A DNA stretch of 62,238 nucleotides, the filler included, from a candidate division TA06 bacterium SM23_40 (GTDB lineage Bacteria > LJUI01 > SM1-40): assembly GCA_001303705.1 (NCBI GenBank). It is 6 parts of 6 records of this genome, joined end to end, with 100 filler letters (N's around TTAATTAATTAA, not from the genome) between each part and the next. Parts side by side here need not be neighbours in the genome. Positions count along the whole stretch, not along the records: positions 21,078 to 26,601 come from LJUI01000162.1; positions 26,702 to 45,609 come from LJUI01000036.1; 4 more parts are not named here. One strand, written 5' to 3'. Position numbers and translations under genes: made by a program. Shown piece by piece: positions 20,978 through 30,609 of this stretch. Numbering within the stretch: position 1 is the first letter of the stretch; each line of letters starts with the position of its first letter. The notes beneath the pieces are model-generated. The model saw only the letters and a program-made list of their open reading frames with translations, was not told the DNA's origin and did not search any database.

Positions 20978-21077
20978 NNNNNNNNNNNNNNNNNNNNNNN
21001 NNNNNNNNNNNNNNNNNNNNNTTAATTAATTAANNNNNNNNNNNNNNNNNNNNNNNNNNNNNNNNNNNNNNNNNNNN
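20978..21077. other. Assembly gap / contig linker
   Basis: N run containing TTAATTAATTAA (stops in all frames). Confidence 0.98.
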
Positions 21078-21585
21078 GTCCCATCGGCTCGTAGATCGAC
21101 TGGAGCGCGGCGATATCGTCTTCCGCCCCGAACCGGATGATATCTCGAGCCTCAGGGGCTGTCCGGAGGCAAGCGGGCGGCATTCTATAGACGCGACGCT
21201 CGCTGGCAAGTGCCCACCCCAGTCGCCCGTAATACCCATAGGAGAACGGATAGAGGACCGAGACCGGTTCTCTCCGATCTCGCATGCCACGTATCGCCTG
21301 GTGCATCAGCCGATGGGCATATCCGTGCCCGCGTCCTTCCGGCGCGGTCGCCACATTTGCGATCCCTCCAGCCCGTAGCACGGCCCCTGCGATTCTCAGA
21401 CGGAAAGGGAAGATGCGAAGGCACGACATGAGGTCCCCGTCGACATATAGTCCCCATGAGTCTTCGAGCGGTGAGATCGAGAGACTCCACTCCGTCTCTT
21501 CCAGTGTGCCGCCGAAGGCGTAGTTGCAGATCTCGACGTAGCGTCGGCGGTCGTCCTCAGCTATCTGACGAATGTCCGTGGCCAT
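21078..21585 (-). CDS. Eis-like GNAT acetyltransferase (3' truncated by gap)
   Basis: GGIANVATAPEGRGHGYA, SVLYPFSYGYYGRLGW. Confidence 0.85.
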
Positions 21586-21625
21586 TCAGGTCTCCTCGGG
21601 TTGTCGGCGCCCGGCGACTCGTGGG

Positions 21626-22822
21626 CTAGTTCCCCGGCTCCTTGAGACGGCTGAGCCTCAGGAGAACAGTCTCGTGAGTGGGGGCCCGTTCGAGAACCGC
21701 CCGCCGCAGCGGCTCGTCCAGTTCGCCGCTCTCGAGCGCTCGCAGGAGACGGGACCCGCTGAGTTGTGAGACCTCGTCCCACACTCCCCGCTCCCGGAGG
21801 ATATGTTCCAGCGCATCTCTCGCCGGCTCGCCCTGCCCGGGCAGGGTGAGTTTGCTCCTCCGGGTGAGCGTGAGGCGGTGGGCGGAGCCGAACAGGACGT
21901 CGAACCCGCGGCCGGCGGCGTAGGCAATGATCTTCTGCTTCAGGGATTCGAGCTCGTCCTTGACCTCATCTCTTCTTCCGGCCAATTCCGCATAGGCGTC
22001 GACGAGGCGCACGCCATCTTCCAGGTTCTGTTCGTCCACGGGAAGTTGCTTGATCTGGACGAGGTGCTGCCTGCGTGGGCAGTGTTCCTGGTATCCGCAC
22101 CACTCGCACAGGGAGCTCTCCCGGGGCGGGAACTCGAGCGCCGCGTCGATCTCATCAATGAGGGCAATAACCGCTTCCTGCAGGCTGTCGAGCTCCTCCG
22201 GCGCACGCTGCGATGCCATCGTCTCATCGAGCGCCACATAGTGCCAGATGAGACGGACTTCATTGACATCCCGCCACCGCTGCCGCAGTCCGATTTCGTA
22301 CAGAGCCAGTTGCCGGTCGGAGTCGATCTCTTCCTGGGAGGGGAGATGTTGCGAGGTCTTGTAGTCGTGGATCTCGTAGGCGCCGTCCGGCCTCCGTGCA
22401 ATTCTGTCCACGTATCCCTGGACTCTGTATCTTCCCTCATCATCGAGCGCGAAATCGAGACGCTGTTCGATTGCCAGGGTTGTGGCATCGTCGAATGGGT
22501 GGTTGCGGCGGTAGAAGTTCGAAATGCAGCGCTCACCGACTCTCAGGTAGTCGCCGCTGTCATATTCGGCTTTCGTGATCCGAATGGCGTCGTTCCAGTT
22601 CTCCTGCCAGGATCTTCTGAACTGTGCGAGTAGATCATCGACTGAGGGCATCCGCGCCATCATCAGATCGCGAAACAGCTTCGCGAGCGTTTCGTGCACA
22701 CGGATCCCGAGGAACGCCTCTACGTTCTCCTCTCGGGGCTTGAGGCAGTCGATGTATTGAGACTTGTACTTGAGCGGGCAGTCCTCGTATGTCTGGAGCC
22801 TCGAGTGTGACCAGACCGGCAT
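21626..22822 (-). CDS. PD-(D/E)XK nuclease family protein (RecB/Cas4-like) with predicted Fe-S staple
   Basis: SHSRL.TYE.CP.KY, GYVDRI, IHDYKT, QLALY, CEWCGYQEHC. Confidence 0.85.
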   Translation of the reverse strand: MPVWSHSRLQTYEDCPLKYKSQYIDCLKPREENVEAFLGIRVHETLAKLFRDLMMARMPSVDDLLAQFRRSWQENWNDAIRITKAEYDSGDYLRVGERCISNFYRRNHPFDDATTLAIEQRLDFALDDEGRYRVQGYVDRIARRPDGAYEIHDYKTSQHLPSQEEIDSDRQLALYEIGLRQRWRDVNEVRLIWHYVALDETMASQRAPEELDSLQEAVIALIDEIDAALEFPPRESSLCEWCGYQEHCPRRQHLVQIKQLPVDEQNLEDGVRLVDAYAELAGRRDEVKDELESLKQKIIAYAAGRGFDVLFGSAHRLTLTRRSKLTLPGQGEPARDALEHILRERGVWDEVSQLSGSRLLRALESGELDEPLRRAVLERAPTHETVLLRLSRLKEPGN

Positions 22823-23007
22823 GTTTCGGGGTCCTTCTCGGAACGTGCTGACTGCTCTCGCGCGCAAATCGCCTGCGCCGATCCCATACAATCTTCGAAG
22901 AGTGGCGCCCGGTGGGGAAGACCTCTATCTTAGCCTCCAGGGCTGCCTCGAAGATAGCCGAAATATCTGCATCCGGTCAAGTCTGTTTCCTCCGCCTGTT
23001 CGACCGC

Positions 23008-23035
23008 TTGACATTTGGTGCTCGGCAAGTATATT
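23008..23035 (+). promoter_or_regulatory. Putative sigma-70 promoter
   Basis: TTGACA-16 nt-TATATT upstream of the MltD-like gene. Confidence 0.55.
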
Positions 23036-23103
23036 GTTTTCCGGACATCGATACCGGGAGTACGTGTCACGACAGACGAGAGAGATGAGCCAGGGGGTAA
23101 CCG

Positions 23104-24525
23104 GTGAGAACGGAAACGAGGCATTCGGTTGTTGCGAAGATGATCGTACGATGGGCAGTCGTCTCTATGTTCGGTATCTACTCGCTGTCTCTGTTTGGCG
23201 GATGCGCCACCCTCCGGTCGGGCTACGTCGGAGGCGACCGGGAAGAAGAGATCCTCCCTGAACCCGAGGCATCGCCCGCTGTCGGTTTCTACGGGCCGCT
23301 GGCAGAGGCCGCCATCGGGGATGCGCAGCAGGGTTTCGACCTCGCCGAGGCGGCATTCGATGATTCCCTGTACGAGGAGGCCCGCCGGCAGTACGATCGG
23401 GCACTTGCCGGTCTGCTCGGAGCGCAAGTCGACGAGCGGCGCTATCCCGAGATCGCCGCCGATCGGGACATCCTGATCGAGGAATTGTGTCTTGCCCGCA
23501 TTCGGGTGGGACGTGTACTGGGAAGTGTAGAACACGCGATCCGGGAGAGCGACTTCGATCTGCCGATCGAATACAACAGCCGGGTGGGAAGATGGATAGA
23601 ATTCTACGTAACGCGGGGGCGTGAGACATTCCACCTGTGGCTCACGCGTTCGGGACGATATGTTGAGATGATGCGTTCGATCATGGCGAGCGAAGGCGTG
23701 CCCGAGGATCTGGCATATCTCCCATTGGTTGAGAGCGGGTACAATCCGAACGCGTACTCGAGAGCCCGCGCAGTCGGCATCTGGCAGTTCATATCATCGA
23801 CGGGTGAGATCGCCGGCCTCAGAAGGGACGCCTGGGTCGACCAGAGACGCGATCCGGAGAAGGCGACACATGCTGCGGCACGGCATCTCAAGGAACTGTA
23901 TGAGGACTTCGGTTCGTGGCCGCTCGCTCTTGCCGCTTACAACTCGGGACAGGCACGCGTGATGCAGGCGATCGCAGCGGCGGGAGACGACGACTTCTGG
24001 GGCCTCTCGCTCCCGTGGGAGACGATGGATTACGTGCCGCGGGTCTACGCTGCCATCATCATCGCCAAAGATCCCGAGGCGTTCGGGTTCTCGGTTCGCT
24101 ACGAGTCATCCGATGCGTATGAGGACGTCGTCTTCGATCGGGCGATTGATCTGAGTACGGTCGCGCGCCTGGCCGATGAGTCAGTGGAAGAGCTACGGAG
24201 GCTCAATCCCGAGCTGATCAACGGGTGCACGCCGCCTGAGACGGAGTATTCTCTGAGAGTCCCCCGGGGCTCGAAGGAGACGCTGCTCAGGGCGTTTGCA
24301 GAACTTCCCGAGGAGGAACGGTACCTGAGCGAGAGGGAAGTGAGGCGTCGTGCCGAGCGGTATACCTGGATCACCTACCGGGTAAAACGAGGGGATACGC
24401 TGAGCCAGATCGCGGCGAGGTACAGGACGACGGTGAGCAAGCTGAAGCGGTGGAACCCCCAGGCGAGGGGGAGGTTCATCCACCCCGGCGATCGGCTGCG
24501 GATCTATACCCGGGGGAGCGGATGA
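23104..24525 (+). CDS. MltD-like lytic transglycosylase with LysM domain (probable lipoprotein)
   Basis: LFGGC lipobox-like, VESGYNP.A.S.A.A.GIWQF, ALAAYNSG, LysM YRVKRGDTLSQIA. Confidence 0.9.
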   Translation: MRTETRHSVVAKMIVRWAVVSMFGIYSLSLFGGCATLRSGYVGGDREEEILPEPEASPAVGFYGPLAEAAIGDAQQGFDLAEAAFDDSLYEEARRQYDRALAGLLGAQVDERRYPEIAADRDILIEELCLARIRVGRVLGSVEHAIRESDFDLPIEYNSRVGRWIEFYVTRGRETFHLWLTRSGRYVEMMRSIMASEGVPEDLAYLPLVESGYNPNAYSRARAVGIWQFISSTGEIAGLRRDAWVDQRRDPEKATHAAARHLKELYEDFGSWPLALAAYNSGQARVMQAIAAAGDDDFWGLSLPWETMDYVPRVYAAIIIAKDPEAFGFSVRYESSDAYEDVVFDRAIDLSTVARLADESVEELRRLNPELINGCTPPETEYSLRVPRGSKETLLRAFAELPEEERYLSEREVRRRAERYTWITYRVKRGDTLSQIAARYRTTVSKLKRWNPQARGRFIHPGDRLRIYTRGSG

Positions 24526-24535
24526 GTGCGAGAAG

Positions 24536-26601
24536 CTACCCGCCCTCGAATCTGTAGTGAACCTCCGAACGGTTGCCTGCGGCGTCTTCGACGACGATGG
24601 TGAGGAGGTGATGGCCGGGAGATAATGCGCCGCGGCTCCACGCAATCACCCGTTGCTCGAATGGGTCCCATTCGGCGACCATCCGCATCCCATCTAACTC
24701 CACGTTGATCCCTTCCTCTGTGAGGCCGCTTCCCTGATCCCTTGTGTGAAAGCTGACCAGGGTCTTCGCGTCTGCGACCTCACCCGACGTGGGGTGGATA
24801 GACCAGATGTGGGGCGCGACCGTATCCAACAATGCGGCATAGGTCCCCATACGCTCGATGGTCGCCGTCACCCGGCCTCCTTCCCTGTTGCGCCCGAGAA
24901 ACTGCCACTCCCCACTGTCGGTCTGTACATAGATGGCGACTCTCGGATCGGCGCGCGCCCAGCCGGGCCGAGGCGTGATCGCGATCGTGGCATCGCGGGC
25001 GAAGGCGGATATGTCGGGTCCGAATTCGTACGCCCTGCTCGCGGGGCGCAACCCTTCCCCGGCGGGGAGATCTTGCGACTCGACGAGTGCAGTCAGATCG
25101 GAGAACAGGCTGCCGGGATCGATCCGTATCTCGGCAAGGCCGTCAGATGAGATGATGACTCCGCCCGCCTCTCTCGTCGCCCCGTTCACAGAGAACCTGG
25201 TATGGCCTTCACCTACCCGTCCCCACGCATCGGTCCACCTGAATCGGACCACCGCCTCTCCCGGAAAACGGGGGTCGACCTTCATCTCACCACGATATCG
25301 ATTAGCCGCCTCTGCATGTAGTGCGATCTTCCTGGGAGGAGCGCCGCGCTGCTCGACCGTGAGCTCCGGCTCAAACGCCAGCGGCGTGCGCGATCTGAGC
25401 GCAAGGAGGAGGCGCGGAGGGATCTGTTCGGCAGCACAGGTGACCCCGATTTCCGAGGTGTCGGCCGGGGCGCGGTCAGGGGGCCAGATGCCGATCTGCC
25501 GGACCCGGTCTGTCCGTGAACGGGGGGAAGAATCAGGTCGCCGGGAGCGAGCGGGCCGGGTCTCGTCCGGGTCGTCGGTGGTCGGTCTCTTTTCGGTGGA
25601 GACCTCGTCGGCGCCCGGCTCAGGCTCTGCAAGGGGGGAAGAGATGACCGGCCTGAAGACCGGATGTGACGGGGCATCGAATGGATCAGAGACCTGCACC
25701 CTTGCCAGTAGCAGGCTCTCCGCCGGGGCAGGGGGTTGCCAGGCCGCCTCTATCCACCCATTGCCAGCGCCCTCACGCGCGAGCGTCATGCGTTCCCAGG
25801 TCCTTCCGCGGTCGGCGGAGATGTCGAGGGAGACGGTGATCGAGTCGGTCTCCGGATCATCTGCCAGGACCGCCAGTCTTCCCCGGGAGACAGAACATGC
25901 GAGGATCTGAGGTGGGGAGTTGACGAGAAGCACGACTGCGCATCTGGCCTCATTGCCGGAGGCATCGATGGCCGCTGTCTCGAGGGTGTGTAACCCGGGG
26001 GCGAGGTATCGCCTGGCGCTCCCCTCCCCGGTTCGGAGGAGCCCATCGCCCTCGACAGTGGGGAACCCGAGGGTGTACCCGCGCGGCCTGAACAGGCGAC
26101 GGAAACTGCCTTCTCCCCGGCGATAGCGAGGGCAGTCATACTCGATATCGACCTGTCGCGTCTCCCCATAGGAAAACTCTTCGGATGCGCTGCTGTACAG
26201 GAGGCTGTCGTTGACGTGCAACGCCAGCCTGTACAGGGGCAGTCTGTTCGAGAGCCCACATGCCCTGTCCCAGACGTTGGCTGCCACCCCCACCGTTCCC
26301 GAGATCTGCACGGTGTCGCGCGCCGCGTACCGGGCAGGCTGCCCTTTGAGGCGATGCAGAGCTACGATCTTCGATTCCGATTTCCCATCGATGAACGATC
26401 TCACGTCCATCGGCACGAACTCGATTGCCGCAAAGACCGGATGCTCGTGATCGGGCAGCACGAGACCGTTGGTGAGGGGATTGATCGGGTGATTTTCCTC
26501 GTTCCGCAGCTCGAAATGCAGGTGGGGAGCCTTGCAACCGCTCCTCCCGGTCCGCCCGATAAACTCTCCGGCCCGGATCGGCAATCGATCAGGCGGAGGA
26601 T
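24536..26601 (-). CDS. M23 family metallopeptidase-like large secreted protein (5' truncated)
   Basis: IGRTGRSG...PHLHFELR...INPL, followed by Ig-like domains (DTVAP.I, ED.AGN). Confidence 0.8.
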
Positions 26602-26701
26602 NNNNNNNNNNNNNNNNNNNNNNNNNNNNNNNNNNNNNNNNNNNNTTAATTAATTAANNNNNNNNNNNNNNNNNNNNNNNNNNNNNNNNNNNNNNNNNNN
26701 N
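26602..26701. other. Assembly gap / contig linker
   Basis: N run containing TTAATTAATTAA. Confidence 0.98.
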
Positions 26702-27155
26702 GACTCTAGTGGGACAGAATATGGGCGCCCGCAAGCTCGATCGGGCGGAGCGAAGCGCCTGGATCGCGGCAGGATCGTACGTCGCCGCGATGGTAGTCGT
26801 GGGAGCCATCTTCTGGATCTTCGCGGATCGGCTCGTCGCTCTGGTCAACAACGACCCGGGGATCGTAGGCATCGGCAGTCAGTACATCCGGATCAACTCG
26901 GTCTGCTACCCGGTGCTAGCGCTGGGGGTCGTCCTGTCGCGAGCCTTCGGCGGCGCAGGCGATACCCTCTCCCCCATGATGATCACTGCCCTAGTTCTCC
27001 TCGGCCTGCAGATCCCGCTCGCGCTGGTACTCCCCGCTTTCGGCGGCCTGGGGACGACAGGGGTGTGGCTCGCTGTTGCCGCATCAGTCGTTGCCCACGG
27101 GGCCATCACTGCCGTCTGGTTCAAGATCGGACGCTGGAAGCATATGGAGGTGTAG
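26702..27155 (+). CDS. MATE family efflux transporter, C-terminal part
   Basis: TLVGQNMGA, GAGDT..PM, G..GVW.A, F..GRWK. Confidence 0.85.
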
Positions 27156-27173
27156 AGAGCGAGCAGTGGGTAC

Positions 27174-27202
27174 TTGATTCTGCTTGGGGGATGGAGTATA
27201 AC
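27174..27202 (+). promoter_or_regulatory. Putative sigma-70 promoter of tldD-pmbA
   Basis: TTGATT-17 nt-TATAAC. Confidence 0.5.
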
Positions 27203-27320
27203 GTCTCTGATCCCCCGAGCGCCGTTTCAACAGGGGCGCGGCGTGGACGCAGCCCGCATCGAGGAAGCGTAGGTGTTGCATAGTAGTGAAGGGGATTCTC
27301 AACATAGAGTCGAGGTGATC

Positions 27321-28694
27321 ATGTACATGCGCGAAAGGATCGAGGCCGCGCTGAGGCAGAGCAAGGCCGACTACACTGAAATCAGGATAGAGGAGCGGGA
27401 GGCTACAACCGTTGCCTACCGCGGCAAGGATCTGGAGACCGCGAACGCGATCATTGACGTGGGAGGTATTGTGAGATGTCTGTGCAGGGGTCGTGGATGG
27501 GGTATTGCCACATTCAATGATCTCACGGATCTTGCAGCCAGAGTTGAGCAGGCCTACCAGTGTGCGCGGCTCGTCGAAAGCGAGGAGCCCGTTGAGCTGG
27601 CACCGATCCCGGTCTCCGAGGATAGCATCAGGGCCAGTCTGGAACGTGACTTTCGTGGCGTAGCGCTCTCCGATAAGAAGGCGCTCATCGAGAAGTACAA
27701 CACCATTCTGCTTGGGTACTGCAAGAAGATCGTGCACACGCACTGTCACTATAACGATAGCTTCACTCGCATCGTCTTCGGGAATTCGGAGGGGACGTTC
27801 ATCGAGGAAGAACGTCCCATGATCACCCTATACATCGCCGCCAGCGCGCGTGATGATGACAATGTCCAGTCTGCGGGTGAGAGCCTTTCGACCCAGGCGG
27901 GATTCAGCTATGCGGAAGGCCGTGAAGACCTGACGTTCGCTGTCGCCCAGCGTGCAGTCGATCTTCTGAGTGCGGAGACCATAGTGGCCGGTGTGTACCC
28001 CGTCGTGATAAACCAGGCGCTGGCGGGGACCTTCATCCACGAGGCGTTCGGGCATCTCTCGGAGTCTGATTTTGTCTACGAGAATCCCCGGGCAAAAGAG
28101 ATGATGGTCTTGGGGAGACGATTCGGCCTCGACATTCTCACGGTTTTCGATGACGGATCTGTCCCCGGACTCCGCGGTTCGCATCGATATGATGATGAGG
28201 GCACACCGACCGGGCGGACCGATCTCATCAAGAATGGCATCCTGGTGGGCCGCCTCCATTCCCGCGAGACGGCAGGCAAGATGGGTGAGCGGGTCACCGG
28301 CAACGCGCGGGCAACAGACTATCGCTATCCGCCTATTGTGCGTATGACGAATACCGCTATCGAAGGCGGGGAGACCTCGTTCGAAGAAATGGTGAGCGAT
28401 ATAAAGCTCGGGGTCTATGTCTGCAATTCATTTGGTGGACAGACGGCACTCGAGAACTTCTCGTTCAGTTCGGCGTACGCCTACATGATCCGCGACGGAG
28501 AGGTCGCCGAAATGGTCAAGGATGTCATCCTGGCGGGTAACTTATTCACCACGTTGAACAACATCGACGCCATCGGTAACGACTTCACGTGGTCTGAGCG
28601 AGGCGGTAAGTGTGGCAAGGGGCAGGGAGGTCTGGCCGTCGCAATGGGCTCACCTCACATCCGCATCCAGAACGTCGTCATCGGCGGGAGATAG
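27321..28694 (+). CDS. tldD: TldD metalloprotease
   Basis: HEAFGHLSE, YDDEG, TGNAR, RMTNT, CGKGQ. Confidence 0.9.
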   Translation: MYMRERIEAALRQSKADYTEIRIEEREATTVAYRGKDLETANAIIDVGGIVRCLCRGRGWGIATFNDLTDLAARVEQAYQCARLVESEEPVELAPIPVSEDSIRASLERDFRGVALSDKKALIEKYNTILLGYCKKIVHTHCHYNDSFTRIVFGNSEGTFIEEERPMITLYIAASARDDDNVQSAGESLSTQAGFSYAEGREDLTFAVAQRAVDLLSAETIVAGVYPVVINQALAGTFIHEAFGHLSESDFVYENPRAKEMMVLGRRFGLDILTVFDDGSVPGLRGSHRYDDEGTPTGRTDLIKNGILVGRLHSRETAGKMGERVTGNARATDYRYPPIVRMTNTAIEGGETSFEEMVSDIKLGVYVCNSFGGQTALENFSFSSAYAYMIRDGEVAEMVKDVILAGNLFTTLNNIDAIGNDFTWSERGGKCGKGQGGLAVAMGSPHIRIQNVVIGGR

Positions 28695-28744
28695 GATATC
28701 ATCGTGTCTGTCTATCGAAATGATCAGAAGGGAGTGAGCCGAGC

Positions 28745-30046
28745 GTGGATATTCTGAGTCGATTGAGGGCTCAGGCGGATCAGGCCGAAGTTGCTCATGT
28801 CCGGGACGAAGCCACCCAGATCGGATTCGAGGCGAACAGGCTCAAGTCGAGCAAGGTCGTACAGACCCGGGGCGTTGCCGTCCGCATTGTCAAGGATGGG
28901 CGTCTCGGTTTTGCCGCATCGAGCGATGAGTCGGCTGTCGAAAAGCTCGTCGCGAACGCAGCTGAGTCTGCGGCATACGGCGCTGAGATTCCGATCGAGT
29001 TTCCTGCGCCTGCGCCGGGGCCGCAGGTGAAGACATTCGACCGCACAGCTGCGGAGCTCCCGGTCGAGCGGCTGGTTGAGATCGGCGAGAAGATGATCGA
29101 CCTCATCACAGCGAAGGATCCGGATGCGCGGGTGGATGTCAAGCTGGAGCGCGGCATCGAAGAACTCTCCATCCGGAACCAGGCGGGGGCCGACGTCTCG
29201 GTCCGACGGTCACCACTGTCGGTCCTCCTCCACGTCTCCCGGGTGCGAGGAGATGACGTGCTGAGTATCTGGGATGCCGAGGGTTCGACCGCATGGGACG
29301 GCAGGGTCATGGCGTTGGCGCGCAGGCTGGAGAGGAAGGTAGAGCTGGCGCAGGAGAGCGCGACGCTCGAGTCAGGACGTATGCCCGTGCTCTTTTCGCC
29401 GACCGGTGCTCTGGTGTTGTGGGTGCCCTTGGTCCAGGGACTCAACGGCGAGAGCGTCTACGCGAACATCTCACCGATTGCCGACAGAACTGGCGAAAAA
29501 TTGTTCGATGAGAAGCTTACCATTGTCGATGATCCGACCATCGATGGAGCCTTCAGCAGCGCCACCCACGACGACGAGGGTGTGCCTCACCGGCGTCATG
29601 TTCTGATCGAGCGGGGGGTGTTGAGGGGTTTCGTGCACGACCTCAGGACTGCCGCGCGATTGGGGGTCGAATCGACGGGGAATGGTGCTCGCACCCTCTT
29701 CACTCCCCCAAGGCCCTCGACAACGAACATAGTGTTCGAGCCGGGCGAGACGCCGCTCGCAGAGATGATCGCCGGTATCGATCGGGGGCTGCTAGTCGAG
29801 GACGCGTTGGGTCTGGGGCAGGGCAATGTGGTCTCAGGAGCATTCTCCAACACATTGAGCCTGGGATTCAAGATCGAGAAGGGCGAGATCGTGGGACGGG
29901 TGAAGGATGTGACGGTCGCCGGCAACGTCTACGATCTTCTGAGAGACATATCGGCAGTGAGCCGAGAAGTGGGATGGGTCCATCGCAGTCACCGCCTGCC
30001 CTATATTCTCCTGCCGGAAGTGAGCGTGGCGACCAAGCAGCGCTAG
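28745..30046 (+). CDS. pmbA: PmbA/TldE subunit
   Basis: DDEGVP, STGNG, SGAFS, AGNVYDLL; no HExxH; follows tldD. Confidence 0.88.
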   Translation: MDILSRLRAQADQAEVAHVRDEATQIGFEANRLKSSKVVQTRGVAVRIVKDGRLGFAASSDESAVEKLVANAAESAAYGAEIPIEFPAPAPGPQVKTFDRTAAELPVERLVEIGEKMIDLITAKDPDARVDVKLERGIEELSIRNQAGADVSVRRSPLSVLLHVSRVRGDDVLSIWDAEGSTAWDGRVMALARRLERKVELAQESATLESGRMPVLFSPTGALVLWVPLVQGLNGESVYANISPIADRTGEKLFDEKLTIVDDPTIDGAFSSATHDDEGVPHRRHVLIERGVLRGFVHDLRTAARLGVESTGNGARTLFTPPRPSTTNIVFEPGETPLAEMIAGIDRGLLVEDALGLGQGNVVSGAFSNTLSLGFKIEKGEIVGRVKDVTVAGNVYDLLRDISAVSREVGWVHRSHRLPYILLPEVSVATKQR

Positions 30047-30212
30047 AACGATTCCCCACTGATTACTCGTATGCGGCGGAGCACGGCGCGATGAGCTATT
30101 CTCGCTGGATAGTCCGGAGGAAGGTTGCCGGACATTCCCTTGTGGTTTATGAACGGGATGCATGACCAGCGGCGTAGCACTAGCAAGATCTCAAACAGAA
30201 GGGAGGCGGATC

Positions 30213-30521
30213 ATGCCAGAGTTCGGGACACCCTTTTCCGGAGCCGCACATGATAGAAAACTGACCGATGACGAGTTGATCCGTGCGATACGGTTCATGG
30301 TCGCGGCAGAGTACGAAGCGGTTCAGCTGTACATGCAGCTCGCTGAGTCGACCGACAGCAAGCTGGCCCGCGAGGTACTCAAGGACATCGCTGATGAGGA
30401 GCGGGTCCATGCGGGGGAGTTCCTCAGGCTCCTCAAGGAACTGGCCCCGGACGAAGAGAAATTCTACGCCGAGGGGGCGGAAGAAGTCGAGGAGATGATC
30501 ACGAAGCGCAAAAGGAAGTAG
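30213..30521 (+). CDS. Ferritin-like (rubrerythrin / encapsulated-ferritin-like) protein
   Basis: EYEAVQLY and DIADEERVHAGEF di-iron motifs; GGGAGG RBS. Confidence 0.85.
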   Translation: MPEFGTPFSGAAHDRKLTDDELIRAIRFMVAAEYEAVQLYMQLAESTDSKLAREVLKDIADEERVHAGEFLRLLKELAPDEEKFYAEGAEEVEEMITKRKRK

Positions 30522-30609
30522 ACATAAACGCGGGGCGATGTGTACAGTCCGCTGAGGTCCACTGGACCCGGTGGGAACTGGATGTGGTCTTTTAGACAGC
30601 CAATTGACA

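Noticed and set aside
20978-21077. TTAATTAATTAA motif recurring five times
   Set aside because: Artificial contig linker inside N runs; ORFs running into it (ending XXXLIN) are artefacts.
27321-30046. RiPP (microcin-type) cluster around TldD/PmbA
   Set aside because: No precursor, YcaO or radical SAM genes are adjacent; this is an ordinary tldD-pmbA pair.
30170-30185. Sigma-54 promoter before the ferritin-like gene
   Set aside because: Only the GG-N10-GC spacing matches; the flanks (CGGCGTA/TAGC) fit the consensus poorly.
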